A stretch of 64,000 nucleotides of DNA from Euprymna scolopes. Lineage: Eukaryota. Position numbers and translations under genes: made by a program. The notes under the pieces are model-generated. The model saw nothing but the letters and a program-made list of their open reading frames with translations, made no database searches and was not told where the DNA came from. Positions 51,701 to 64,000 of this stretch are shown here, one piece after another. Positions within the stretch are counted from its first letter, which is position 1. The number at the start of each line of letters is the position of its first letter. The DNA lies in assembly GCA_053919585.1 (NCBI GenBank), contig CM132816.1. One strand, given 5' to 3'.

Positions 51701-54700
51701 GTCCTGCTAGACTAACTTGGACTGTTCTCTGTGAGTGCTTCAAACTATTTCCCTTACTGAACTGAATTCAAGTGTATATATTAATTCTATGTGACGTCAA
51801 CATGCGGCCCAAACAAGTCTGTACTGCTGGACTAACTTGGACTGTTCTCTGTGAGTGCTTCAAACTATTTCCCTGACTGAACTGAATTCAAGTGTATATA
51901 TTAATTCTATGTGACGTCAACATGCGGCCCAAATAAGCGCGTCCTGCTAGACTAACTTGGACTGTTCTCTGTGAGTGCTTCAAACTATTTCCTTGACTGA
52001 ACTGAATTCAAGTGTATATATTAATTCTATGTGACGTCAACATGCGGCCCAAATAAGCGCGTCCTGCTAGACTAACTTGGACTGTTCTCTGTAACTGCTT
52101 AAAACTATTTCCTTGACTGAACTGAATTCAAGTGTATATATTAATTCTATGTGACGTCAACATGCGGCCCAAATAAGCGCGTCCTGCTAGACTAACTTGG
52201 ACTGTTCTCTGTGACTGCTTCAAACTATTTCCTTGACTGAACTGAATTCAAGTGTATATATTAATTCTATGTGACGTCAACATGCGGCCCAAATAAGCGC
52301 GTCCTGCTAGACTAACTTGGACTGTTCTCTGTGAGTGCTTCAAACTATTTCCTTGACTGAACTGAATTCAAGTCTATATATTAATTCTATGTGACGTCAA
52401 CATGCGGCCCAAATAAGCGCGTCCTGCTAGACTAACTTGGACTGTTCTCTGTGAGTGCTTCAAACTATTTCCTTGACTGAACTGAATTCAAGTCTATATA
52501 TTAATTCTATGTGACGTCAACATGCGGCCCAAATAAGCGCGTCCTGCTAGACTAACTTGGACTGTTCTCTGTGAGTGGTTCAAACTATTTCCTTGACTGA
52601 ACTGAATTCAAGTCTATATATTAATTCTATGTGACGTCAACATGCGGCCCAAATAAGCGCGTCCTGCTAGACTAACTTGGACTGTTCTCTGTGAGTGCTT
52701 CAAACTATTTCCTTGACTGAACTGAATTCAAGTGTATATATTAATTCTATGTGACGTCAACATGCGGCCCAAATAAGCGCGTCCTGCTAGACTAACTTGG
52801 ACTGTTCTCTGTGAGTGCTTCAAACTATTTCCTTGACTGAACTGAATTCAAGTGTATATATTAATTCTATGTGACGTCAACATGCGGCCCAAATAAGTCT
52901 GTACTGCTAGACTAACTTGGACTGTTCTCTGTGACTGCTTAAAACTATTTCCCTGACTGAACTAAATTCAAGTGTATATATTAATTCTATGTGACGTCAA
53001 CATGCGGCCCAAATAAGTCTGTACTGCTAGACTAACTTGGACTGTTCTCTGTGACTGCTTAAAACTATTTCCCTGACTGAACTAAATTCAAGTGTATATA
53101 TTAATTCTATGTGACGTCAACATGCGGCCCAAATAAGCGCGTCCTGCTAGACTAACTTGGACTGTTCTCTGTGACTGCTTCAAACTATTTCCCTGACTGA
53201 ACTGAATTCAAGTGTATATATTAATTCTATGTGACGTCATCATGCGGTCCAAATAAGCGCGTCCTGCTAGACTAACTTGGACTGTTCTCTGTGACTGCTT
53301 CAAACTATTTCCTTGACTGAACTGAATTCAAGTGTATATATTAATTCTATGTGACGTCAACATGCTGTCCAAATAAGCGCGTCCTGCTAGACTAACTTGG
53401 ACTGTTCTCTGTGACTGCTTCAAACTATTTCCCTGACTGAACTGAATTCAAGTGTATATATTAATTCTATGTGACGTCAACATGCGGTCCAAATAAGCGC
53501 GTCCTGCTAGACTAACTTGGACTGTTCTCTGTGACTGCTTCGAACTATTTCCTTGACTGAACTGAATTCAAGTGTATATATTAATTCTATGTGACGTCAA
53601 CATGCGGTCCAAATAAGCGCGTCCTGCTAGACTAACTTGGACTGTTCTCTGTGACTGCTTCAAACTATTTCCTTGACTGAACTGAATTCAAGTGTATATA
53701 TTAATTCTATGTGACGTCAACATGCGGCCCAAATAAGCGCGTCCTGCTAGACTAACTTGGACTGTTCTCTGTGAGTGCTTCAAACTATTTCCTTGACTGA
53801 ACTGAATTCAAGTGTATATATTAATTCTATGTGACGTCAACATGCGGTCCAAATAAGCGCGTCCTGCTAGACTAACTTGGACTGTTCTCTGTGACTGCTT
53901 CAAACTATTTCCTTGACTGAACTGAATTCAAGTGTATATATTAATTCTATGTGACGTCAACATGCGGTCCAAATAAGCGCGTCCTGCTAGACTAACTTGG
54001 ACTGTTCTCTGTGACTGCTTCAAACTATTTCCCTGACTGAACTGAATTCAAGTCTATATATTAATTCTATGTGACGTCAACATGCGGCCCAAATAAGCGC
54101 GTCCTGCTAGACTAACTTGGACTGTTCTCTGTGAGTGCTTCAAACTATTTCCCTTACTGAACTGAATTCAAGTGTATATATTAATTCTATGTGACGTCAA
54201 CATGCGGCCCAAATAAGCGCGTCCTGCTAGACTAACTTGGACTGTTCTCTGTGAGTGCTTCAAACTATTTCCTTGACTGAACTGAATTCAAGTGTATATA
54301 TTAATTCTATGTGACGTCAACATGCGGCCCAAATAAGCGCGTCCTGCTAGACTAACTTGGACTGTTCTCTGTGAGTGCTTCAAACTATTTCCTTGACTGA
54401 ACTGAATTCAAGTGTATATATTAATTCTATGTGACGTCAACATGCGGCCCAAATAAGCGCGTCCTGCTAGACTAACTTGGACTGTTCTCTGTGAGTGCTT
54501 CAAACTATTTCCTTGACTGAACTGAATTCAAGTGTATATATTAATTCTATGTGACGTCAACATGCGGCACAAATAAGCGCGTCCTGCTAGACTAACTTGG
54601 ACTGTTCTCTGTGACTGCTTCAAACTATTTCCCTTACTGAACTGAATTCAAGTGTATATATTAATTCTATGTGACGTCAACATGCGGCCCAAATAAGTGC

Positions 54701-57700
54701 GTCCTGCTAGACTAACTTGGACTGTTCTCTGTGACTGCTTCAAACTATTTCCTTGACTGAACTGAATTCAAGTGTATATATTAATTCTATGTGACGTCAA
54801 CATGCGGCCCAAATAAGCGCGTCCTGCTAGACTAACTTGGACTGTTCTCTGTGACTGCTTCAAACTATTTCCCTGACTGAACTGAATTCAAATGAATATA
54901 TTAATTCTATGTGACGTCAACATGCGGCCCAAATAAGCGCGTCCTGCTAGACTAACTTGGACTGTTCTCTGTGAGTGCTTCAAACTATTTCCTTGACTGA
55001 ACTGAATTCAAGTGTATATATTAATTCCATGTGACGTCAACATGCGGCCCAAATAAGCGCGTCCTGCTAGACTAACTTGGACTGTTCTCTGTGAGTGCTT
55101 CAAACTATTTCCTTGACTGAACTGAATTCAAGTGTATATATTAATTCTATGTGACGTCAACATGCGGCCCAAATAAGCGCGTCCTGCTAGACTAACTTGG
55201 ACTGTTCTCTGTGAGTGCTTCAAACTATTTCCTTGACTGAACTGAATTCAAGTGTATATATTAATTCTATGTGACGTCAACATGCGGTCCAAATAAGCGC
55301 GTCCTGCTAGACTAACTTGGACTGTTCTCTGTGACTGCTTCAAACTATTTCCTTGACTGAACTGAATTCAAGTGTATATATTAATTCTATGTGACGTCAA
55401 CATGCGGCCCAAATAAGCGCGTCCTGCTAGACTAACTTGGACTGTTCTCTGTGACTGCTTCAAACTATTTCCCTGACTGAACTGAATTCAAGTGTATATA
55501 TTAATTCTATGTGACGTCAACATGCGGTCCAAATAAGCGCGTCCTGCTAGACTAACTTGGACTGTTCTCTGTGACTGCTTCAAACTATTTCCCTGACTGA
55601 ACTGAATTCAAGTGTATATATTAATTCTATGTGACGTCAACATGCGGTCCAAATAAGCGCGTCCTGCTAGACTAACTTGGACTGTTCTCTGTGACTGCTT
55701 CAAACTATTTCCTTGACTGAACTGAATTCAAGTGTATATATTAATTCTATGTGACGTCAACATGCGGTCCAAATAAGCGCGTCCTGCTAGACTAACTTGG
55801 ACTGTTCTCTGTGACTGCTTCAAACTATTTCCCTGACTGAACTGAATTCAAGTGTATATATTAATTCTATGTGACGTCAACATGCGGTCCAAATAAGCGC
55901 GTCCTGCTAGACTAACTTGGACTGTTCTCTGTGACTGCTTCAAACTATTTCCTTGACTGAACTGAATTCAAGTGTATATATTAATTCTATGTGACGTCAA
56001 CATGCGGCCCAAATAAGCGCGTCCTGATAGACTAACTTGGACTGTTCTCTGTGAGTGCTTCAAACTATTTCCTTGACTGAACTGAATTCAAGTGTATATA
56101 TTAATTCTATGTGACGTCAACATGCTGTCCAAATAAGCGCGTCCTGCTAGACTAACTTGGACTGTTCTCTGTGACTGCTTCAAACTATTTCCCTGACTGA
56201 ACTGAATTCAAGTGTATATATTAATTCTATGTGACGTCAACATGCGGTCCAAATAAGCGCGTCCTGCTAGACTAACTTGGACTGTTCTCTGTGACTGCTT
56301 CGAACTATTTCCTTGACTGAACTGAATTCAAGTGTATATATTAATTCTATGTGACGTCAACATGCGGTCCAAATAAGCGCGTCCTGCTAGACTAACTTGG
56401 ACTGTTCTCTGTGACTGCTTCAAACTATTTCCTTGACTGAACTGAATTCAAGTGTATATATTAATTCTATGTGACGTCAACATGCGGCCCAAATAAGCGC
56501 GTCCTGCTAGACTAACTTGGACTGTTCTCTGTGAGTGCTTCAAACTATTTCCTTGACTGAACTGAATTCAAGTGTATATATTAATTCTATGTGACGTCAA
56601 CATGCGGTCCAAATAAGCGCGTCCTGCTAGACTAACTTGGACTGTTCTCTGTGACTGCTTAAAACTATTTCCTTGACTGAACTGAATTCAAGTGTATATA
56701 TTAATTCTATGTGACGTCAACATGCGGTCCAAATAAGCGCGTCCTGCTAGACTAACTTGGACTGTTCTCTGTGACTGCTTCAAACTATTTCCCTGACTGA
56801 ACTGAATTCAAGTCTATATATTAATTCTATGTGACGTCAACATGCGGCCCAAATAAGCGCGTCCTGCTAGACTAACTTGGACTGTTCTCTGTGAGTGCTT
56901 CAAACTATTTCCCTTACTGAACTGAATTCAAGTGTATATATTAATTCTATGTGACGTCAACATGCGGCCCAAATAAGCGCGTCCTGCTAGACTAACTTGG
57001 ACTGTTCTCTGTGAGTGCTTCAAACTATTTCCTTGACTGAACTGAATTCAAGTGTATATATTAATTCTATGTGACGTCAACATGCGGCCCAAATAAGCGC
57101 GTCCTGCTAGACTAACTTGGACTGTTCTCTGTGAGTGCTTCAAACTATTTCCTTGACTGAACTGAATTCAAGTGTATATATTAATTCTATGTGACGTCAA
57201 CATGCGGCCCAAATAAGCGCGTCCTGCTAGACTAACTTGGACTGTTCTCTGTGAGTGCTTCAAACTATTTCCTTGACTGAACTGAATTCAAGTGTATATA
57301 TTAATTCTATGTGACGTCAACATGCGGCACAAATAAGCGCGTCCTGCTAGACTAACTTGGACTGTTCTCTGTGACTGCTTCAAACTATTTCCCTTACTGA
57401 ACTGAATTCAAGTGTATATATTAATTCTATGTGACGTCAACATGCGGCCCAAATAAGTGCGTCCTGCTAGACTAACTTGGACTGTTCTCTGTGAGTGCTT
57501 CAAACTATTTCCTTGACTGAACTGAATTCAAGTGTATATATTAATTCTATGTGACGTCAACATGCGGCCCAAATAAGCGCGTCCTGCTAGACTAACTTGG
57601 ACTGTTCTCTGTGACTGCTTCAAACTATTTCCTTGACTGAACTGAATTCAAGTGTATATATTAATTCTATGTGACGTCAACATGCGGCCCAAATAAGCGC

Positions 57701-60700
57701 GTCCTGCTAGACTAACTTGGACTGTTCTCTGTGACTGCTTCAAACTATTTCCCTGACTGAACTGAATTCAAGTGTATATATTAATTCTATGTGACGTCAA
57801 CATGCGGTCCAAATAAGCGCGTCCTGCTAGACTAACTTGGACTGTTCTCTGTGACTGCTTCAAACTATTTCCTTGACTGAACTGAATTCAAGTGTATATA
57901 TTAATTCTATGTGACGTCAACATGCGGCCCAAATAAGCGTGTCCTGCTAGACTAACTTGGACTGTTCTCTGTGACTGCTTCAAACTATTTCCCTGACTGA
58001 ACTGAATTCAAGTGTATATATTAATTCTATGTGACGTCAACATGCGGCCCAAATAAGCGCGTCCTGCTAGACTAACTTGGACTGTTCTCTGTGACTGCTT
58101 CAAACTATTTCCCTGACTGAACTGAATTCAAATGAATATATTAATTCTATGTGACGTCAACATGCGGCCCAAATAAGCGCGTCCTGCTAGACTAACTTGG
58201 ACTGTTCTCTGTGAGTGCTTCAAACTATTTCCTTGACTGAACTGAATTCAAGTGTATATATTAATTCCATGTGACGTCAACATGCGGCCCAAATAAGCGC
58301 GTCCTGCTAGACTAACTTGGACTGTTCTCTGTGAGTGCTTCAAACTATTTCCTTGACTGAACTGAATTCAAGTGTATATATTAATTCTATGTGACGTCAA
58401 CATGCGGCCCAAATAAGCGCGTCCTGCTAGACTAACTTGGACTGTTCTCTGTGAGTGCTTCAAACTATTTCCTTGACTGAACTGAATTCAAGTGTATATA
58501 TTAATTCTATGTGACGTCAACATGCGGTCCAAATAAGCGCGTCCTGCTAGACTAACTTGGACTGTTCTCTGTGACTGCTTCAAACTATTTCCTTGACTGA
58601 ACTGAATTCAAGTGTATATATTAATTCTATGTGACGTCAACATGCGGCCCAAATAAGCGCGTCCTGCTAGACTAACTTGGACTGTTCTCTGTGACTGCTT
58701 CAAACTATTTCCCTGACTGAACTGAATTCAAGTGTATATATTAATTCTATGTGACGTCAACATGCGGTCCAAATAAGCGCGTCCTGCTAGACTAACTTGG
58801 ACTGTTCTCTGTGACTGCTTCAAACTATTTCCCTGACTGAACTGAATTCAAGTGTATATATTAATTCTATGTGACGTCAACATGCGGTCCAAATAAGCGC
58901 GTCCTGCTAGACTAACTTGGACTGTTCTCTGTGACTGCTTCAAACTATTTCCTTGACTGAACTGAATTCAAGTGTATATATTAATTCTATGTGACGTCAA
59001 CATGCGGTCCAAATAAGCGCGTCCTGCTAGACTAACTTGGACTGTTCTCTGTGACTGCTTCAAACTATTTCCCTGACTGAACTGAATTCAAGTGTATATA
59101 TTAATTCTATGTGACGTCAACATGCGGTCCAAATAAGCGCGTCCTGCTAGACTAACTTGGACTGTTCTCTGTGACTGCTTCAAACTATTTCCTTGACTGA
59201 ACTGAATTCAAGTGTATATATTAATTCTATGTGACGTCAACATGCGGCCCAAATAAGCGCGTCCTGCTAGACTAACTTGGACTGTTCTCTGTGAGTGCTT
59301 CAAACTATTTCCTTGACTGAACTGAATTCAAGTGTATATATTAATTCTATGTGACGTCAACATGCGGCCCAAATAAGCGCGTCCTGCTAGACTAACTTGG
59401 ACTGTTCTCTGTGACTGCTTCAAACTATTTCCCTGACTGAACTGAATTCAAGTCTATATATTAATTCTATGTGACGTCAACATGCGGTCCAAATAAGCGC
59501 GTCCTGCTAGACTAACTTGGACTGTTCTCTGTGACTGCTTCAAACTATTTCCCTGACTGAACTGAATTCAAGTGTATATATTAATTCTATGTGACGTCAA
59601 CATGCGGCCCAAATAAGCGCGTCCTGCTAGACTAACTTGGACTGTTCTCTGTGACTGCTTCAAACTATTTCCTTGACTGAACTGAATTCAAGTGTATATA
59701 TTAATTCTATGTGACGTCAACATGCGGCCCAAATAAGCGCGTCCTGCTAGACTAACTTGGACTGTTCTCTGTGACTGCTTCAAACTATTTCCCTGACTGA
59801 ATTGAATTCAAGTGTATATATTAATTCTATGTGACGTCAACATGCGGCCCAAATAAGCGCGTCCTGCTAGACTAACTTGGACTGTTCTCTGTGACTGCTT
59901 CAAACTATTTCCTTGACTGAACTGAATTCAAGTGTATATATTAATTCTATGTGACGTCAACATGCGGCCCAAATAAGCGCGTCCTGCTAGACTAACTTGG
60001 ACTGTTCTCTGTGAGTGCTTCAAACTATTTCCTTGACTGAACTGAATTCAAGTGTATATATTAATTCTATGTGACGTCAACATGCGGCCCAAATAAGCGC
60101 GTCCTGCTAGACTAACTTGGACTGTTCTCTGTGGGTGCTTCAAACTATTTCCTTGACTGAACTGAATTCAAGTCTATATATTAATTCTATGTGACGTCAA
60201 CATGCGGCCCAAATAAGCGCGTCCTGCTAGACTAACTTGGACTGTTCTCTGTGACTGCTTCAAACTATTTCCCTGACTGAACTGAATTCAAGTGTATATA
60301 TTAATTCTATGTGACGTCAACATGCGGCCCAAATAAGCGCGTCCTGCTAGACTAACTTGGACTGTTCTCTGTGACTGCTTCAAACTATTTCCCTGACTGA
60401 ACTGAATTCAAGTGTATATATTAATTCTATGTGACGTCAACATGCGGCCCAAATAAACGCGTCCTGCTAGACTAACTTGGACTGTTCTCTGTGACTGCTT
60501 CAAACTATTTCCCTGACTGAATTGCATTCAAGTGTATATATTAATTCTATGTGACGTCAACATGCGGCCCAAATAAGCGCGTCCTGCTAGACTAACTTGG
60601 ACTGTTCTCTGTGATTGCTTCAAACTATTTCCCTGACTGAACTGAATTCAAGTGTATATATTAATTCTATGTGACGTCAACATGCGGCCCAAATAAACGC

Positions 60701-63700
60701 GTCCTGCTAGACTAACTTGGACTGTTCTCTGTGACTGCTTCAAACTATTTCCCTGACTGAACTGAATTCAAGTGTATATATTAATTCTATGTGACGTCAA
60801 CATGCGGCCCAAATAAACGCGTCCTGCTAGACTAACTTGGACTGTTCTCTGTGATTGCTTCAAACTATTTCCCTGACTGAATTGCATTCAAGTGTATATA
60901 TTAATTCTATGTGACGTCAACATGCGGCCCAAATAAGCGCGTCCTGCTAGACTAACTTGGACTGTTCTCTGTGACTGCTTCAAACTATTTCCCTGACTGA
61001 ACTGAATTCAAGTGTATATATTAATTCTATGTGACGTCAACATGCGGCCCAAATAAGCGCGTCCTGCTAGACTAACTTGGACTGTTCTCTGTGATTGCTT
61101 CAAACTATTTCCCTGACTGAACTGAATTCAAGTGTATATATTAATTCTATGTGACGTCAACATGCGGCCCAAATAAGCGCGTCCTGCTAGACTAACTTGG
61201 ACTGTTCTCTGTGACTGCTTCAAACTATTTCCCTGACTGAACTGAATTCAAGTGTATATATTAATTCTATGTGACGTCAACATGCGGCCCAAATAAGCGC
61301 GTCCTGCTGGACTAACTTGGACTGTTCTCTGTGATTGCTTCAAACTATTTCCCTGACTGAATTGCATTCAAGTGTATATATTAATTCTATGTGACGTCAA
61401 CATGCGGCCCAAATAAGCGCGTCCTGCTAGACTAACTTGGACTGTTCTCTGTGACTGCTTCAAACTATTTCCCTGACTGAACTGAATTCAAGTGTATATA
61501 TTAATTCTATGTGACGTCAACATGCGGCCCAAATAAGCGCGTCCTGCTAGACTAACTTGGACTGTTCTCTGTGACTGCTTCAAACTATTTCCCTGACTGA
61601 ATTGCATTCAAGTGTATATATTAATTCTATGTGACGTCAACATGCGGCCCAAATAAGCGCGTCCTGCTAGACTAACTTGGACTGTTCTCTGTGACTGCTT
61701 CAAACTATTTCCCTGACTGAATTGCATTCAAGTGTATATATTAATTCTATGTGACGTCAACATGCGGCCCAAATAAACGCGTCCTGCTAGACTAACTTGG
61801 ACTGTTCTCTGTGACTGCTTCAAACTATTTCCCTGACTGAACTGAATTCAAGTGTATATATTAATTCTATGTGACGTCAACATGCGGCCCAAATAAGCGC
61901 GTCCTGCTAGACTAACTTGAACTGTTCTCTGTGACTGCTTCAAACTATTTCCCTGACTGAACTGAATTCAAGTGTATATATTAATTCTATGTGACGTCAA
62001 CATGCGGCCCAAATAAGCGCGTCCTGCTAGACTAACTTGGACTGTTCTCTGTAACTGCTTCAAACTATTTCCCTGACTGAATTGCATTCAAGTGTATATA
62101 TTAATTCTATGTGACGTCAACATGCGGCCCAAATAAGCGCGTCCTGCTAGACTAACTTGGACTGTTCTCTGTGACTGCTTCAAACTATTTCCCTGACTGA
62201 ATTGCATTCAAGTGTATATATTAATTCTATGTGACGTCAACATGCGGCCCAAATAAACGCGTCCTGCTAGACTAACTTGGACTGTTCTCTGTGACTGCTT
62301 CAAACTATTTCCCTGACTGAATTGCATTCAAGTGTATATATTAATTCTATGTGACGTCAACATGCGGCCCAAATAAGCGCGTCCTGCTAGACTAACTTGG
62401 ACTGTTCTCTGTGACTGCTTCAAACTATTTCCCTGACTGAATTGCATTCAAGTGTATATATTAATTCTATGTGACGTCAACATGCGGCCCAAATAAGCGC
62501 GTCCTGCTAGACTAACTTGGACTGTTCTCTGTGACTGCTTCAAACTATTTCCCTGACTGAATTGCATTCAAGTGTATATATTAATTCTATGTGACGTCAA
62601 CATGCGGCCCAAATAAGCGCGTCCTGCTAGACTAACTTGGACTGTTCTCTGTGACTGCTTCAAACTATTTCCCTGACTGAATTGCATTCAAGTGTATATA
62701 TTAATTCTATGTGACGTCAACATGCGGCCCAAATAAACGCGTCCTGCTAGACTAACTTGGACTGTTCTCTGTGACTGCTTCAAACTATTTCCCTGACTGA
62801 ATTGCATTCAAGTGTATATATTAATTCTGTGTGACGTCAACATGCGGCCCAAATAAGCGCGTCCTGCTAGACTAACTTGGACTGTTCTCTGTGACTGCTT
62901 CAAACTATTTCCCTGACTGAATTGCATTCAAGTGTATATATTAATTCTATGTGACGTCAACATGCGGCCCAAATAAACGCGTCCTGCTAGACTAACTTGG
63001 ACTGTTCTCTGTGACTGCTTCAAACTATTTCCCTGACTGAATTGCATTCAAGTGTATATATTAATTCTATGTGACGTCAACATGCGGCCCAAATAAGCGC
63101 GTCCTGCTAGACTAACTTGGACTGTTCTCTGTGACTGCTTCAAACTATTTCCCTGACTGAATTGCATTCAAGTGTATATATTAATTCTATGTGACGTCAA
63201 CATGCGGCCCAAATAAACGCGTCCTGCTAGACTAACTTGGACTGTTCTCTGTGACTGCTTCAAACTATTTCCCTGACTGAATTGCATTCAAGTGTATATA
63301 TTAATTCTATGTGACGTCAACATGCGGCCCAAATAAGCGCGTCCTGCTAGACTAACTTGGACTGTTCTCTGTGACTGCTTCAAACTATTTCCCTGACTGA
63401 ATTGCATTCAAGTGTATATATTAATTCTATGTGACGTCAACATGCGGCCCAAATAAACGCGTCCTGCTAGACTAACTTGGACTGTTCTCTGTGACTGCTT
63501 CAAACTATTTCCCTGACTGAATTGCATTCAAGTGTATATATTAATTCTGTGTGACGTCAACATGCGGCCCAAATAAGCGCGTCCTGCTAGACTAACTTGG
63601 ACTGTTCTCTGTGACTGCTTCAAACTATTTCCCTGACTGAATTGCATTCAAGTGTATATATTAATTCTATGTGACGTCAACATGCGGCCCAAATAAGCGC

Positions 63701-64000
63701 GTCCTGCTAGACTAACTTGGACTGTTCTCTGTGACTGCTTCAAACTATTTCCCTGACTGAATTGCATTCAAGTGTATATATTAATTCTATGTGACGTCAA
63801 CATGCGGCCCAAATAAGCGCGTCCTGCTAGACTAACTTGGACTGTTCTCTGTGACTGCTTCAAACTATTTCCCTGACTGAATTGCATTCAAGTGTATATA
63901 TTAATTCTATGTGACGTCAACATGCGGCCCAAATAAGCGCGTCCTGCTAGACTAACTTGGACTGTTCTCTGTGACTGCTTCAAACTATTTCCCTGACTGA
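39781..64000. repeat. Satellite domain B and derived sub-domains
   Basis: B alleles throughout; ggTcc enriched ~53200-59500; aTtgCattca rises from ~60500 and is present in every monomer from ~62080. Confidence 0.85.

Larger units (their letters stand above)
10549..64000. repeat. 120-bp tandem satellite array, ~445 head-to-tail monomers, continues past the window end
   Basis: Consensus ttggactgttctctgtgactgcttcaaactatttccctgactgaactgaattcaagtgtatatattaattctatgtgacgtcaacatgcggcccaaataagcgcgtcctgctagactaac; register shifts only at five 1-bp deletions (~12388, 19947, 22586, 30025, 32213); no insertion or inversion seen. Confidence 0.99.

Noticed and set aside
10549-64000. 5S rRNA array (120-nt unit) or other RNA gene array
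   Set aside because: No resemblance to 5S, tRNA, spliced-leader or snRNA sequences, and no spacer or oligo-T terminator.
10549-64000. CRISPR array
   Set aside because: No unique spacers, no cas genes, eukaryotic context.

Overview
Non-coding, AT-rich eukaryotic DNA, most likely from an invertebrate metazoan (inferred from the repeat content and an invertebrate-type U2 fragment). There is no intact protein-coding gene. Bases 1 to ~10,550 are a dense mosaic of decayed mobile elements: a GC-rich, highly structured segment resembling an RTE-clade LINE 5' UTR, two inverted copies of a ~440-bp MITE, a fold-back element, three non-autonomous Helitrons, a hAT/Charlie-type MITE and a long-TIR MITE. 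The same region holds Penelope-like (PLE) fragments in (TA)n tracts (GIY-YIG C-terminus, two ORF N-termini, hammerhead cores) and two U2 snRNA 5' fragments that each fold back into a hairpin. From ~10,549 to the window end there is one uninterrupted head-to-tail array of a 120-bp satellite (~445 monomers) with spatially segregated variant domains and nested 2- to ~78-monomer duplications. The best leads are: (1) the array starts directly against a degenerate PLE-type hammerhead remnant and each monomer carries CRE, TATA-like and Inr-like motifs facing it, suggesting an amplified retroelement promoter; (2) a dispersed repeat whose hairpin is built from the U2 branch-point recognition sequence; (3) a readable duplication and recombination history in the array. 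All family assignments are from pattern recognition, not database searches.
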